DNA of 64,000 nt, taken from contig CAWGVS010000012.1 in assembly GCA_963826115.1 (NCBI GenBank), forward strand, positions 736,001 to 800,000. Reading direction: 5' to 3'. Shown piece after piece: positions 27,662-38,811 of this stretch (positions are counted from its first letter, which is position 1; the number at the start of each line of letters is the position of its first letter). The stretch is from an uncultured Candidatus Rokubacteria bacterium (GTDB lineage: Bacteria; Methylomirabilota; Methylomirabilia; Rokubacteriales; DASRDR01). The position numbers and the translations under genes were made by a program. Under the pieces are notes generated by a model. It had not been told where the DNA came from and searched no databases. It saw only the letters and a program-made list of their open reading frames with translations.

Positions 27662-29019
27662 TGCTGGAGGGCTTCTTCAGGCTGAAGGAGCACGGCACCA
27701 CCGTCGGCACCGAGGTGGTGGCGGGCCTCACGACGTTCATGGTGATGGCCTACATCATCTTCGTGAACCCGGCGATCCTGTCCTTCGCCGGGATTCCCGC
27801 GCTCCAGCCCCAGGGCGTTCCGTTCGCGCCAACCCTCGCGGCCACGTGCCTGGTGGCGGCCCTGTCGACCGCCGCGATGGGCCTGGTCACGAACTATCCC
27901 CTGGCCGTGGCGTCGGGGATGGGGCTCAACGCCGTCGTCGCCTTCCAGCTGATCGCGGCGCAGAAGCTCCCGTGGCAGGCGGCCATGGGCGTGATCTTCC
28001 TCGAGGGCTGCGTGATCACGCTGCTGGTCCTGGCCGGCGTGCGGGAGGCGGTGCTGAACGCGATCCCGCTCGCGCTGAAGCGGGCGATCTCGGTCGGGAT
28101 CGGCCTCTTCATCCTCTTCATCGGGCTGAACAACGGGGGCCTCGTCCGGCCCGGCCAGGGCATCCCGGTCACCCTGGGCGCCCTCACGACCCCGCGGGTC
28201 CTGGTGGCGATCGCGGGCCTGCTCCTGACGCTCTTCTTCCTGGCACGGGGCGTCCGCGCGGCGCTCCTCCTCGGGATCCTGGGCACGACGATTCTCGCGA
28301 TCCTGGTCAACACGCTCCACGGCGGGAGCGTGTGGACGATGCCCGGCGTCGCGGTGATGCCGGGGACGGTCGTGGCCTGGCCGGACTTCTCGACGCTCGG
28401 CGCCGGGATCAACTTCGAGGTCTTCGTCCGGCTGGGCGTCCTGGCCGCGGTCCTCGCGATCTTCTCGATCATGCTGTCGGACTTCTTCGACACGATCGGC
28501 ACCGTGGTGGGCATCGGGGCGGAGGCGCGCTGGCTCGACAAGGAGGGGCGGCTGCCGCGCATGAACCGGGTGCTCATGGTCGACTCGCTCGCCGCCGCCC
28601 TCGGCGGCGCGGCCAGCGCGTCGTCGGCGACGACCTACATCGAGTCGGCGGCGGGGGTGGCGGCCGGCGGCCGGACCGGGCTCACCTCGGTCGTCGTCGC
28701 GATCTGCTTCGCGCTCGCCCTCTTCGTCGCGCCGCTCGCGGGCGTCGTGCCGCCGGAGGCGACGGCCCCGGCGCTCATCATCGTGGGCTACCTCATGTGC
28801 GCGATCGTCCGCGAGATCCCGTTCACGGACCTGGAGGAGGGCTTCCCGGCGCTCCTCACCATGACGCTCATGCCGTTCTCGTACTCGATCACCAACGGGA
28901 TCGGGGCCGGGTTCGTGAGCTACGTGGTCATCAAGCTGGTGCGGGGCCGGGCCGGCGCCGTCCACCCGCTGCTCTACGCGGCGGCGGCCGCGTTCGTTCT
29001 GTACTTCGCGCTGCACTGA
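27661..29019 (+). CDS. NCS2 (AzgA/PbuG) purine permease
   Basis: EVVAGLTTF, GMGLNA, DFFDTIGT, YIESAAGVAAGGRTGLT. Confidence 0.93.
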   Translation: MLEGFFRLKEHGTTVGTEVVAGLTTFMVMAYIIFVNPAILSFAGIPALQPQGVPFAPTLAATCLVAALSTAAMGLVTNYPLAVASGMGLNAVVAFQLIAAQKLPWQAAMGVIFLEGCVITLLVLAGVREAVLNAIPLALKRAISVGIGLFILFIGLNNGGLVRPGQGIPVTLGALTTPRVLVAIAGLLLTLFFLARGVRAALLLGILGTTILAILVNTLHGGSVWTMPGVAVMPGTVVAWPDFSTLGAGINFEVFVRLGVLAAVLAIFSIMLSDFFDTIGTVVGIGAEARWLDKEGRLPRMNRVLMVDSLAAALGGAASASSATTYIESAAGVAAGGRTGLTSVVVAICFALALFVAPLAGVVPPEATAPALIIVGYLMCAIVREIPFTDLEEGFPALLTMTLMPFSYSITNGIGAGFVSYVVIKLVRGRAGAVHPLLYAAAAAFVLYFALH

Positions 29020-29063
29020 GCCGCGGGGGTCGGGCTGGGGCCGTGTGTTAGGCTAATCCCCCT

Positions 29064-30974
29064 ATGGCCATGATGACCTGGATGCGGCGCGTCTCGCCGT
29101 ATCTGCTCGCCGCGGTGCTCCTCGCGTTCATCGTCAGCCTCGCCTACTTCGGCACCCAGAGTGGCTCGGGGGGCAAGGGCGGCGGCGGGGCCGCCGTGGT
29201 GACGGTCAACGGGGACGTCGTCTCGGCCGTGACGTTCGACCGCGCCTACCGGGCGGCGGTGGAGCAGACCCGGCAGATGGCCGGCGACCGCTGGACGGAG
29301 GAGCTGCCCCGGATGCTCCGCCTCCGCGAGCAGGTGGTCGAGCGCCTGGTCGAGGAGCGTCTCGTCGCCCAGGGGGCGGGCCGCGAGGGCGTCGTCGTCT
29401 CCGACGCCGAGCTCGCCGAGCAGATCGTCCGCATCGGCGCCTTCCAGGAGGGCGGACGCTTCTCCCGCGACCGCTACGTGCGCCTCCTCGCGATGACGCA
29501 GCCGCCGATGACGCCAGGGGACTTCGAGACGGACTTTCGGGCGGAGCTGGTTCGCCAGCGCCTGCAGGCCCTCATCACGGGCGGCGCGACCGTCTCCCCG
29601 GCCGAGGTCCAGCAGGCCTGGGAGGCCGAGCGGAGCCGGGTGAAGGTCGGCTACCTCCTGATCGCCACCGGGACGGGCGACGGGCTCCAGGTGACCGACG
29701 CGGAGCTCGAGGCCTACCACAAGGCCCACCCCGCGGAGTTCACGCAGCCCGAGCGCCGGCGCGTGCTCGCGGCGGTCCTGCCGACCGCGAGCGTGCCGGC
29801 CCCCGCCGTCTCCGACGCCGACATCGAGGCGGCCTTCAAGGCCCGCCGGAGCCAGTTCGAGCAGCCGGCGCGGACGAAGGTCTCGCACGTTCTGATCAAG
29901 GTGCCGGCCGTCGGCGGGAGCGCGGCCGAGGACCAGGCGCGGGCCCGCGCGGAGACGGCGCTCACCCGGATCCGCGGCGGCGCCGACTTCGCCGCGGTGG
30001 CCAAGGAGATGTCGGAGGATCCCTCCACGGCGGGCCGGGGCGGCGACCTCGGGCTGATCGCCCAGGGTGAGCTCGTGCCCGAGGTCGACAAGCTGATCCA
30101 GAGCCTGAAGGCGGGCGAGGTGGGCGGTCCCATCCGGAGCCCGTTCGGCTACCACGTCGTCAAGGTGTTCGAGGTCGTGCCGGGCTCGCGGAAGGAGCTG
30201 AAGGAAGTCGCGCCCACCCTCCGCGCCACGCTGGCCGCCGAGGGGCAGATCAAGGCCCACCGGGACCGGGCGCAGGAGGCCCAGCGGGCGCTCCTGGTCG
30301 CGAGCGACTTCGCGGCGGAGGCCAAGAAGCTCGGCCTCACCGTGCGCGAGGCGGGGCCGCTGCGCCGGGGCGACGCGGTGGAGGGCGTCGGGCGCGTCGC
30401 CGAGGCGAGCGACGCCATCTTCGCGCTGCCGCCCGACGGGGTGAGCAGCCCCGTGCGCGTGCCCGAGGGGTACGCCATCTTCCGGCTCCTCCAGATCGAG
30501 CCCGCGCGCCCGCTGCCGCTTGCCGAGGCGCGCGCCGACGTGACCCGCGCCGTGCGCCGCCAGAAGGCGGTCGAGGAGGCGAAGGGCCGCGCCTCGACGC
30601 TCGCGGAGGCGGTGCGGAAGGGCGAGGACCCGCGCGCGCTCGCGCGGCAGGGCACCGCGACCTACGCGGACGTGGGGCCGTTCTCGCGGGCCGAGCCGCT
30701 GGGCGACCGCGCGCTCGGCCAGGTCGTGGGCCCGGCCGCGCTCGGGCTCCCCGAGGGCGGCGTCGGCGGGCCGATCGAGGGCCCCGGCGGCTTCTACGTC
30801 GTGAAGCTCCTCGGGCGCGAGCGTCCCGATCCGGCGGCCTTCGAGGCGGCGCGGCCGCAGGTCGAGGCCCGCCTCCTCCGCGAGAAGCGCGCGCGCCTCT
30901 GGCAGGCGTGGCTCGCCGCCGCGCGCGCGGGCGCGAAGGTCGAGATCAACCGCGAGATCCTGGGCGAGGCCTAG
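29064..30974 (+). CDS. PpiD/SurA-type periplasmic chaperone
   Basis: N-terminal TM, SurA_N region, parvulin SHVLI...FAAVAKEMSED..GGDLG..SPFGYHV; TAGGCT closely precedes the ATG (likely leaderless). Confidence 0.9.
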   Translation: MAMMTWMRRVSPYLLAAVLLAFIVSLAYFGTQSGSGGKGGGGAAVVTVNGDVVSAVTFDRAYRAAVEQTRQMAGDRWTEELPRMLRLREQVVERLVEERLVAQGAGREGVVVSDAELAEQIVRIGAFQEGGRFSRDRYVRLLAMTQPPMTPGDFETDFRAELVRQRLQALITGGATVSPAEVQQAWEAERSRVKVGYLLIATGTGDGLQVTDAELEAYHKAHPAEFTQPERRRVLAAVLPTASVPAPAVSDADIEAAFKARRSQFEQPARTKVSHVLIKVPAVGGSAAEDQARARAETALTRIRGGADFAAVAKEMSEDPSTAGRGGDLGLIAQGELVPEVDKLIQSLKAGEVGGPIRSPFGYHVVKVFEVVPGSRKELKEVAPTLRATLAAEGQIKAHRDRAQEAQRALLVASDFAAEAKKLGLTVREAGPLRRGDAVEGVGRVAEASDAIFALPPDGVSSPVRVPEGYAIFRLLQIEPARPLPLAEARADVTRAVRRQKAVEEAKGRASTLAEAVRKGEDPRALARQGTATYADVGPFSRAEPLGDRALGQVVGPAALGLPEGGVGGPIEGPGGFYVVKLLGRERPDPAAFEAARPQVEARLLREKRARLWQAWLAAARAGAKVEINREILGEA

Positions 30975-30992
30975 GGCGAGGCCCGCCGGGCG

Positions 30993-31400
30993 ATGCGGCT
31001 CCGCCGCGCCCACGCCGACTTCCTCGCGCTCCAGCGCGTTGCCCAGGTGGCGACCGTCGACCGACGGGGCGTCCCCCACGTCGTGCCCGTGTGCCTCGTG
31101 GTGGACGGCGGGCGGCTCTACTTCGCGTCCGGGAAGTCCGGTCGGAAGATCGCGAACCTCCAGGCGAACCCGAACGTCGCCGTGAGCGCCGACGAGTACA
31201 CCGAGTCGTGGGGCCGGCTCCGGGGCGTGGTCGTCACGGGCGCCGCGCGGGTCCACGCCCGGAACGCGACGTTCCGCCGGATCCGCCGCCGGCTCTACGC
31301 GAAGTACCCGCAGTACCCCGCCGAGGCGGCGATCGGCGACCGGGACTCGGTCGTGATCGAGGTCACGCCCCGGCGCGTCTACGCCTGGGGCTTCGACTAG
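30993..31400 (+). CDS. Pyridoxamine 5'-phosphate oxidase-family protein
   Basis: VATVD..GVPHVVPV, KIANLQANPNVAV. Confidence 0.85.
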   Translation: MRLRRAHADFLALQRVAQVATVDRRGVPHVVPVCLVVDGGRLYFASGKSGRKIANLQANPNVAVSADEYTESWGRLRGVVVTGAARVHARNATFRRIRRRLYAKYPQYPAEAAIGDRDSVVIEVTPRRVYAWGFD

Positions 31401-31428
31401 CCGATCGCGCGCGGGGCCGCGCCGGCCC

Positions 31429-32034
31429 TCACTGCTGGTAGCCGTACAGGCGCCAGACGCCCTGCTCGCGCCGCGCGACCTCGAGCTCGCGCTCCCAGAC
31501 GAAGAGGCGGAGCCACTGGCCCACCACCGCGAGCTGCCCCGTCACCTCGCCCGTCGTCCAGACCCACGCGTGCGCGCCGACGAGGCGCACCTCGTCGAGC
31601 TGGACGCGCGCCCGCACCTGCTGGTGGACCTGGAGGAGCGTGACGAGCTGCGTGCGGATCGAACGCTTCCCGAAGGGGCCCGTCCAGTACTCCTCGGAGA
31701 TCTGGGCGAGGACGCCCTCGGCGTCCCGGGCCTCGAAGCGCGCGACGGCCTGCGCGAGGGCGGCGCGAATCTCTTCGACGACCGCGCGCGGGGCCGGCGC
31801 GCCGGGGCGCGGCTCCGGCGCCGGGGTGGCCGGGGCCGCCGGCGCCGCGGGCCCCGCCTTCGCGGGCGGCGGGCGCGAGGGGGCGGGTGGGCCGGGCGCG
31901 GCAGGCCGCGAGGGTGGCGGAGGGACCGTCTGGGCCCGGGCCGGCCACGCGCGGCCGAGCGGGAGCGCGAGCCCGGCGAGCGCCAGGAGGGCCCGGCGCC
32001 GGCCCGGATCCGGAGCGGTGCCCCCGGGGCTCAT
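31429..32034 (-). CDS. Exported NTF2-like protein with Tat-like signal
   Basis: RRRALLALAG signal, Pro-rich linker, SnoaL/NTF2-like domain; ATGA-coupled to the RND permease. Confidence 0.6.
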   Translation of the reverse strand: MSPGGTAPDPGRRRALLALAGLALPLGRAWPARAQTVPPPPSRPAAPGPPAPSRPPPAKAGPAAPAAPATPAPEPRPGAPAPRAVVEEIRAALAQAVARFEARDAEGVLAQISEEYWTGPFGKRSIRTQLVTLLQVHQQVRARVQLDEVRLVGAHAWVWTTGEVTGQLAVVGQWLRLFVWERELEVARREQGVWRLYGYQQ

Positions 32035-35000
32035 GCCTGCCGCCGGCCGTCCAGCCCGGCCTCGAGCCCGGGCTCGAGCGCGGGGCGCCGCCGCGAGGCC
32101 GGCCGCCACGCGAGGAGGCGCCCGGGCGAGCCGCGGAGGTCGTCGAAGAAGGAGTAAACGACGGGCGTGATCACGAGCGTCACGATGAGGCAGAGCGCCT
32201 GCCCGCCGACGACGGCGATGGCGAGCGCCGCCCGCGACGCCGACCCGTCGCCGCGCCCGAGGGCCACCGGCAGCATGCCGAACACGATCGCGAGCGTCGT
32301 CATGAGGATCGGGCGGAGGCGGGCGCGGTCGGCCTCGAGCTGGGCCTCGAAGCGCGCGAGCCCGCGGCTCCGGAGGACGTTCGTGTAGTCCACCTGGAGG
32401 ATCGCGTTCTTCTTCACGACCCCGATCAGCAGGAACATCCCCATGATCGCGTAGATGTTGAGCGTCATCCCGGCGAGGACCAGCGCCAGGAGCCCGAACG
32501 GGATCGCGAGGAACATCGAGACCATGATCGTGATCGGGTGGACGAAGCTCTCGAACTGCGCGGCCAGCGCCATGTAGATGAAGGCGAGCGCGAGCAGGAA
32601 GGCCATGAGGAAGTTCCGGAACGCCTCCGCCATGAGCTTGGCCTGGCCGAGCTGGACGGCCTGGTAGCCGGGCGGCATGCCGAGCTCGCCCACGATCCGG
32701 AGCGCCTGCGACATCGCTTCGCCGAGCGGCTTCTCGTAGAGGTTCGACACCACCGTGATCTGGCGCTCCTGGGCGTAGCGGTCGATCTGGGCCGGGCTCA
32801 TCCCGGGTTGAAGGCGCGCGAGGTTGCCGAGCCGGACGAGCTGCCCGGACGCCGTGGGCACGGTGACGTCGGCGAGCGCGCTCGCGTCCCGGCGGAAGGA
32901 CTCGGCCAGCCGGAGCCGGACGTCGTACTGCTCGCCCTCCTCCCGGTAGAAGCCCACCTTCTCGCCCCCGACCAGGACGCGGAGCGTGGACGCCACGTCC
33001 GCCATCCGGACGCCGAGGTCCGCGGCCCGCTGGCGGTCCACGATCGCCTGGAGCTCCGGGCTCCGCTGGGCCTGCGCGGTGTCCACGTCGACGAAGCCCG
33101 GGATCGCGGCCAGGCGCTGGACGAGCGTCCCGGCGTAGCCCGTCAGCCGCTCGAGATCGGGGCCGCGGAGGATCAGGTTGAACGGCGTCTGGCGGAAGCC
33201 GCCGCCCGAGACCAGGCTCACCTGCTGGACGCTGGCGCGTAGCGCCGGGTAGGCGCGGAGGCGCTGCCGGACCTCCTGCATGATGTCGAACTGGCTGCGT
33301 CGCCGCACCGACAGGTGCTGGAGCCCGATGTAGATCGACACGTCGGTGACGTTGGACTGGACGCCGCTGCGGACCCCGATGTTCGTGAAGACGTGCTCGA
33401 CCTCGGGGATCGCCCGGAGCCCGGCCTCGATCCGCCCCGCGATGGCGCTGGACTGGGCGAGGGCCGACCCCGGGGGCATCTCGACCACCACCTCGAACTC
33501 CGACATGTCGTCGGCCACGATGAAGTCCGGCTTGAGCCCGCGCGCCAGGAAGAGCGTGACGCCGATCAGGAGCGCCGTGGCGGCGACGGTGGCGAGCCGG
33601 TGCCGGAGGGTCACGCGGAGGAGGGCCTCGTAGGCCGCCTCGATCCGCGCGTACACCCCCCGGCGGGCGGGATGGGCCCCGGGCGCTCCGGCGCGGTGAG
33701 GCCGGAGCACGCGGGCGGCGAGGGTCGGGACCAGCGTGAAGGCGACGAGGAGCGAGACCACGATCGCGAAGCTGACCGTGAGCCCGAAGCTCCGCCAGAA
33801 GCGGCCGACCAGGCCGCCCATGAACGCCACCGGGAAGAAGATCGCGATCAGGGAGATCGTGGTGGCGACGACCGCGAGCACGATCTCCTTCGCGCCGGTG
33901 ACCGCCGCCTCCCAGGGCGACTTCTTCTCCTCGTCCATGTGCCGGAAGATGTTCTCCAGCACGATGATCGCGTCGTCGATCACGATGCCGGTCGACACCG
34001 AGAGCCCGAGCATCGTGACGTTGTTCAGCGTGAAGCCGGCCCAGCGCATGACGAAGAAGGTGGCGATGATCGACGTCGGGATCGAGAGGGCGGCGATCAT
34101 CGCGGGCCGCCAGTTCCGCCAGCCGAGGAAGACCCACACGATCAGGCTCGCCAGGAGGGCCCCGAGGACGAGGTGGTGCTGCACCTCGCCGAGGGCGCGC
34201 TTGATGAAGCGCGACTGGTCCCGCACGACGTCGATGGTCACGTCGGCGGGGAGCGTCCGCTGGATCTCGGCCAGGCGTGCCTTGACCCGGTCCACGACCG
34301 CCACGGTATTGGTGCCCGACTGCTTCCGGACGAGCAGGGAGACGGCGGTGTTGCCGTCGAGGCGCGACAGGGTCCGCGGCTCCTCCTCGGCGTCCAGCAC
34401 CCGCGCGACGTCCCGGATCCGGACCGGCCCCCGCGGGCTCTCGGCGACGACGATCGTCTCGAAGTCGGCGACGTCGGTGACGCGGCCGAGCGTGCGCAGG
34501 CCCTCCTCGCGGCCCTCGCCGGTGAGCCGGCCGCCGGGGACCTCGACGTTCTGCCGGAGGAGGGCGGTCTGGACCTGCTGGATCGAGAGCCCGTAGGCGG
34601 CGAGCCGGTTGGGGTCCACCGCGATCTGGATCTCGCGCTTCCGCTGGCCCACCAGCGTGACGGCGCCGATGTCCTTTACGCCCTCGAGCGCCCGCTTGAT
34701 CCGCTTGTCGGCCAGCTCCGTGATCTCGCGCGGCGACCGGCGGCCGGAGACGACGAGGGCCAGGACCGGCGCCGCGTCGAAGTCGAACTTCTCCACGACC
34801 GGCGTCTCGGTGCCCTGCGGGAGCTGGGACAGGATCGTGGCGACCTTCTCCCGCACGTCCTGGGCGGCCGACTCGATGTCGCGGTCGAGGATGAAGGAGA
34901 CGAAGACCTGGCTCTGCCCCTCGATGGTGGTCGAGCGCAGCTCGTCGATCCCGCTGATCGTGTTGACGACCTCCTCGATCCGCTTGGTCACCTGGCTCTC

Positions 35001-35177
35001 CACCTCCTCGGGGCTGGCCCCGGGGAGGCGGGTGGTGACGGTGACCGTCGGGATGTCGACCTTCGGGAAGATGTCGAGGCCGAGATCCCGGTAGGAGGCG
35101 AGCCCCAGCACCACGAGGGCGACCACCAGCATCGTCGCGAAGACGGGCCGCCGGACGCAGAGATCGACGAGCGCCAC
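32031..35177 (-). CDS. RND efflux permease (AcrB/D/F family)
   Basis: [43 protein letters not shown]. Confidence 0.95.
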   Translation of the reverse strand: MALVDLCVRRPVFATMLVVALVVLGLASYRDLGLDIFPKVDIPTVTVTTRLPGASPEEVESQVTKRIEEVVNTISGIDELRSTTIEGQSQVFVSFILDRDIESAAQDVREKVATILSQLPQGTETPVVEKFDFDAAPVLALVVSGRRSPREITELADKRIKRALEGVKDIGAVTLVGQRKREIQIAVDPNRLAAYGLSIQQVQTALLRQNVEVPGGRLTGEGREEGLRTLGRVTDVADFETIVVAESPRGPVRIRDVARVLDAEEEPRTLSRLDGNTAVSLLVRKQSGTNTVAVVDRVKARLAEIQRTLPADVTIDVVRDQSRFIKRALGEVQHHLVLGALLASLIVWVFLGWRNWRPAMIAALSIPTSIIATFFVMRWAGFTLNNVTMLGLSVSTGIVIDDAIIVLENIFRHMDEEKKSPWEAAVTGAKEIVLAVVATTISLIAIFFPVAFMGGLVGRFWRSFGLTVSFAIVVSLLVAFTLVPTLAARVLRPHRAGAPGAHPARRGVYARIEAAYEALLRVTLRHRLATVAATALLIGVTLFLARGLKPDFIVADDMSEFEVVVEMPPGSALAQSSAIAGRIEAGLRAIPEVEHVFTNIGVRSGVQSNVTDVSIYIGLQHLSVRRRSQFDIMQEVRQRLRAYPALRASVQQVSLVSGGGFRQTPFNLILRGPDLERLTGYAGTLVQRLAAIPGFVDVDTAQAQRSPELQAIVDRQRAADLGVRMADVASTLRVLVGGEKVGFYREEGEQYDVRLRLAESFRRDASALADVTVPTASGQLVRLGNLARLQPGMSPAQIDRYAQERQITVVSNLYEKPLGEAMSQALRIVGELGMPPGYQAVQLGQAKLMAEAFRNFLMAFLLALAFIYMALAAQFESFVHPITIMVSMFLAIPFGLLALVLAGMTLNIYAIMGMFLLIGVVKKNAILQVDYTNVLRSRGLARFEAQLEADRARLRPILMTTLAIVFGMLPVALGRGDGSASRAALAIAVVGGQALCLIVTLVITPVVYSFFDDLRGSPGRLLAWRPASRRRPALEPGLEAGLDGRRQA

Positions 35178-35181
35178 GGGC

Positions 35182-36558
35182 CTACGGCTTGGGCGCGGCG
35201 CCCGGGGCCGCCCCCGTCGGGGGCGCGGCCGTCACCGGCGCGCCGTCGTAGAGCTGCGCGAGCCCGGAGGTCGCGACCGTCTCGCCGGGCTTCACGCCTT
35301 CCAGGATCTCGACCCAGCCGGTCTCGCGGAGCCCGGCCTTCACGAGGCGCTCCTGAGCCCGGCCCTCGGCGACGACGAAGACCTTGCTGATCCCGACGAC
35401 GTAGAGGAGCGCCTCCGCGGGGACGAACGGCACTCGCGCGTCGCGGCGGATCAGGACGGTGCCGCGCGCGAAGAACCCGGGCCGGAGGAGCCCCTGACCG
35501 TTCGGCACGCGCGCCTCGAGGGCGAGGGTCCGCGTCGGCACGTCCACCACCGGCGCGACGCGGGTGACCTGCCCCGCGAACGTGCGGGCGCCGAAGGCCT
35601 CGACCGCGAGGCGCACCTCCTGTCCGGCCCGGATCTCGGGGGCGGCGCGCTCGGCCACGGTGCCGGCGTACTTCAGCGGATCGGTCGCGACCACCGTGAA
35701 GAGCGGGGTGTTGTCCTTCACGAACTCCCCGACCCCGACGTGGCGCTTGGCCACGACCCCGGTGAGGGGCGCCGCCACCACGGTGTCGGTCAGGCGCTTC
35801 CGCCCGAGCTCGATGGCGGCCTCCCGCTGGCGGACGAGCGCCTCCGCGGCCTTGACGGCGCCCAGATCCGCGGCGAGCTGGGCGTCGGCGCCCCGGAGCT
35901 GGTCGCCGTGCTGGGCGAGCGCGGTCTCGGCCATCTGGACGAGGGCGTCCGCCGCCTGGGAGAGGGCGCGCGCCTGGTCGACGTCGCGCGTCGCGATGAG
36001 GTCCTTGGCGCGGAGCTCCTGGGTCCGCTCGAGCTCGCGCCGCTTCCACTCCGCGTCGGCGCGGGTGCGCTCGAGGTCGGCCGCCAGCGCGCGGCGGTTC
36101 TCGCGGGTGCGCTCGAGGTTGGCGCGGCTCGCGTCCGCAGTGGCGTGCGCCCGCGCGAGGCTCTCGCGCGCGCCGGCGAGGTCCGCGGCGAGCTGGTCGA
36201 TCGTCAGATCCGCCTCGCGGCGGTCCAGGTCCGCGAGCGGCTGCCCCTCGCGCACCGCATCGCCGAGGTCGACGTGCAGCCGCACGATCGTGGCCGAGAC
36301 CTGCGAGCGGGCGACGGCCTCCTCCCAGGCGAGGAGACTCCCGACGGTGTCGACGGTGCGCTGGACGGTCCGGCCCTCGACGGCCGCGGTCGTGACGCGG
36401 AGGGGCGCGGGCTCGGGGGCCGCGCCGCCCTTCGCCGGGCCGGGCGCGCGCGGCTGTGCGCCGGCGATGCCGCCGAGCGCGCCGACGCCGAGCAACAGCA
36501 CGGCGGCCAGGCGCACGCAGGGGGCGGAGGCGCGGGCGAGCGGGGGTTTGGGCGCCAC
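35182..36558 (-). CDS. RND periplasmic adaptor (MFP)
   Basis: Lipoyl halves flanking a long coiled coil; LRPGFFARG. Confidence 0.9.
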   Translation of the reverse strand: MAPKPPLARASAPCVRLAAVLLLGVGALGGIAGAQPRAPGPAKGGAAPEPAPLRVTTAAVEGRTVQRTVDTVGSLLAWEEAVARSQVSATIVRLHVDLGDAVREGQPLADLDRREADLTIDQLAADLAGARESLARAHATADASRANLERTRENRRALAADLERTRADAEWKRRELERTQELRAKDLIATRDVDQARALSQAADALVQMAETALAQHGDQLRGADAQLAADLGAVKAAEALVRQREAAIELGRKRLTDTVVAAPLTGVVAKRHVGVGEFVKDNTPLFTVVATDPLKYAGTVAERAAPEIRAGQEVRLAVEAFGARTFAGQVTRVAPVVDVPTRTLALEARVPNGQGLLRPGFFARGTVLIRRDARVPFVPAEALLYVVGISKVFVVAEGRAQERLVKAGLRETGWVEILEGVKPGETVATSGLAQLYDGAPVTAAPPTGAAPGAAPKP

Positions 36559-36571
36559 GGAGCGTGGCGCT

Positions 36572-36597
36572 CATTGTACCAGGGGGGTAGTACAATG
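36572..36597. promoter_or_regulatory. Back-to-back -10 elements (divergent promoter palindrome)
   Basis: CATTGTAC-N10-GTACAATG gives TACAAT on each strand between the MFP gene and greA. Confidence 0.5.
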
Positions 36598-36654
36598 GCC
36601 GCTCGGACGGCGCTTCGGGCGCCGTCGACCACCAAGGCGCGAGGGCACCCACCC

Positions 36655-37143
36655 ATGATCCAGCGCACGCCGATGACCCGCGAAGGGCACGCCCGTCTCC
36701 AGCAGGAGCTCGACCAGCTGAAGCGCGTCGAGCGGCCGGGCATCATCAAGGCCATCGCCGAGGCGCGCGCGCACGGGGACCTCTCGGAGAACGCCGAGTA
36801 CCACGCGGCCAAGGAGCGGCAGGGCTTCATCGAGGGCCGGATCCGCGAGCTCGAGTCCAAGCTCGGAGCCGCCGAGGTGATCGAGCCGCCGAAGGACGGC
36901 ACGCGGATCACCTTCGGGTCCACGGTCCGGCTCCGCGCGCCCGACGGCAAGGAGGTCCGCTACCAGATCGTCGGCTCCGACGAGACCGATCCCGCCATCG
37001 GGCGGATCTCGATCCTGTCCCCCATCGCGCGGACCTTGATCGGGAAGGAAGTCGGCGACGAGGTCAAGGTCCAGGCGCCCGGTGGGGCCCGCGAGCTCGA
37101 GATCGTGGCGGCGAACTTCCCCTGGGCGGGGCCGGCGGGCTAG
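36655..37143 (+). CDS. greA: Transcription elongation factor GreA
   Basis: [32 protein letters not shown]. Confidence 0.97.
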   Translation: MIQRTPMTREGHARLQQELDQLKRVERPGIIKAIAEARAHGDLSENAEYHAAKERQGFIEGRIRELESKLGAAEVIEPPKDGTRITFGSTVRLRAPDGKEVRYQIVGSDETDPAIGRISILSPIARTLIGKEVGDEVKVQAPGGARELEIVAANFPWAGPAG

Positions 37144-37185
37144 CTCGCGCGCGATCCGGGCCGCGCGCGCCGCGGCCGCGGGCCG

Positions 37186-38313
37186 TCAGGCCCGGAGGGC
37201 GTCGCGGAGCTCGCGGGCGAGGGTCTCGACGGTCCCCCGCGTGCCGCCCGCCAGCTTCTGCCGCCACTCCCCCTCGGTCAGGAAGCGGCGGTCGCCGAGC
37301 CGCTCGGCCCAGGGCCGGAGCGCCTCCCGGATGGCGCGGAGCTCGTACGCGTCACCCCGGACCTCGCGGGCCTTCGCCATCACGTCCGGCACGACCCGGA
37401 TGAACGCACGGAGCGCGGTGCCGGTCTTGATGGAGTACTTCCGGCCGGCCCACGCGTGCGGGAAGGTCTGGGAGAGCGCCTTCACGTAGTTCAGGAAGAA
37501 CCGCCGGCCCGCGTCGCGCAGCTCCTTCGCCCGGCCGCGGCCGCCCATCTTCTCGACGCTCTCGACGAGGTCGACGATCTCCTCGGCGAGCGGCGCCTGG
37601 GCGACCCGCCCGCGCCCGATCCCGAGCATCTTGATCTCGCCCTGGAGGGGCGAGGTCTCGTCCTCGTTGAGCGCGCGGATGATGTCGTGGGCGAGCGCCT
37701 GGGTCTCGTCGGGGTAGAGCTTCCGCCCGGCCAGGCTCACGAGGTGCGACGGGTTCAACCGCGTGTGCTTGGCGTTGATCGTGACGAACAGCTCCACGAT
37801 CTGCTGGGCATCGAGGGTGTCGAACAGGACCGCGGGCACGTCGAGGCCCCGGAGGTCCCCCTCGGCCGCGAGTGCGTGGAGGGCGAGCAGCCGGTGCTGG
37901 CCGTCCAGCACCCGGAGGACGCCCGCCTCCTCCGGGATCTCGAGGAACCCGAGGTCGGGGTGGTGGGGCACGGCCCGGAACCCGAGCCGCTTGTCGGAGG
38001 TGATGATCACGGCCCCGGGGATGGCGGGGAGCTTGCCGGCCTCCCGGCAGTCGCGGAAGTACGCGACCAGCTCCTCGATCTTGCGGCGGATGACCGGGCG
38101 CTGGTAGGCGTCCGAGGTCTCGCCGATCCGGCTCTCGAGGATCTCCCAGTTCACCCGCGTCCGGGCGACGCGCTTCTTGGACTTGTCGGCGGGGAGGCCC
38201 CCGTAGCCGAGGACCTCGAACTTGACGAGCTGGTCGATCTCGCGGGCCGAGAACGAGGCCTGGTAGAATTCGACGCCGTACTGCTTGATGCGGTGCGCGG
38301 CGACGCTGATCAT
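37186..38313 (-). CDS. DGQHR-domain protein (DndB/ParB-like)
   Basis: YQRP, IPGAVII, VLDGQHRLLAL, FVTIN. Confidence 0.9.
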   Translation of the reverse strand: MISVAAHRIKQYGVEFYQASFSAREIDQLVKFEVLGYGGLPADKSKKRVARTRVNWEILESRIGETSDAYQRPVIRRKIEELVAYFRDCREAGKLPAIPGAVIITSDKRLGFRAVPHHPDLGFLEIPEEAGVLRVLDGQHRLLALHALAAEGDLRGLDVPAVLFDTLDAQQIVELFVTINAKHTRLNPSHLVSLAGRKLYPDETQALAHDIIRALNEDETSPLQGEIKMLGIGRGRVAQAPLAEEIVDLVESVEKMGGRGRAKELRDAGRRFFLNYVKALSQTFPHAWAGRKYSIKTGTALRAFIRVVPDVMAKAREVRGDAYELRAIREALRPWAERLGDRRFLTEGEWRQKLAGGTRGTVETLARELRDALRA

Positions 38314-38324
38314 CGACGAGCCCG

Positions 38325-38353
38325 ACTCTAGCTGGCCGGTCCCCGGGTGTCAA
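38325..38353 (-). promoter_or_regulatory. sigma70-type promoter of the DGQHR gene
   Basis: TTGACA-17-TAGAGT, 11 nt upstream of the ATG; no SD. Confidence 0.7.
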
Positions 38354-38400
38354 CGCCGGGCCGCCCCGCGGGTCCCGAGCGCGCGAGCGAATGAGGAGCC

Positions 38401-38694
38401 ATGGCAACGGTCCGGATCACGTACTGGCGCGACATCCCGATGCTGGTGACCGCGCGGGACGACGGCGGCGAGGTGAGCGTGCCGCTCAGCCCCGGGTTCC
38501 AGGACCTCGTGGACCGGGTGGCGATGCAGGAAGGCCTCGCGGGCGAGGACCAGTACCTCGCGGAGTGGCACGTGGGACCCCCCGAGGAGGCCCCCGGCGC
38601 GGCGGGCCCGGTCGCCCGGGCCCGGGCCGGCGAGCTCGAGGCCGGCTTCGACGCGCTGCGGGACCGCTATCTCCGGGCCCCGCGACGGGAGTGA
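38401..38694 (+). CDS. 'Virulence factor'-family small protein
   Basis: ITYWRDIP...FQDLVDRVAM..G...DQYLAEW. Confidence 0.75.
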   Translation: MATVRITYWRDIPMLVTARDDGGEVSVPLSPGFQDLVDRVAMQEGLAGEDQYLAEWHVGPPEEAPGAAGPVARARAGELEAGFDALRDRYLRAPRRE

Positions 38695-38811
38695 CGCGGG
38701 CCCGACCAAGGCCGCCGGGAGTGATAGGATGACACGCGGCTCCGGGACCGGGCGCCCAGGGCGTCCCCCGCGAGCGCTATCCGCCAGGATCCCCTCAGGA
38801 AGGAGACACTC

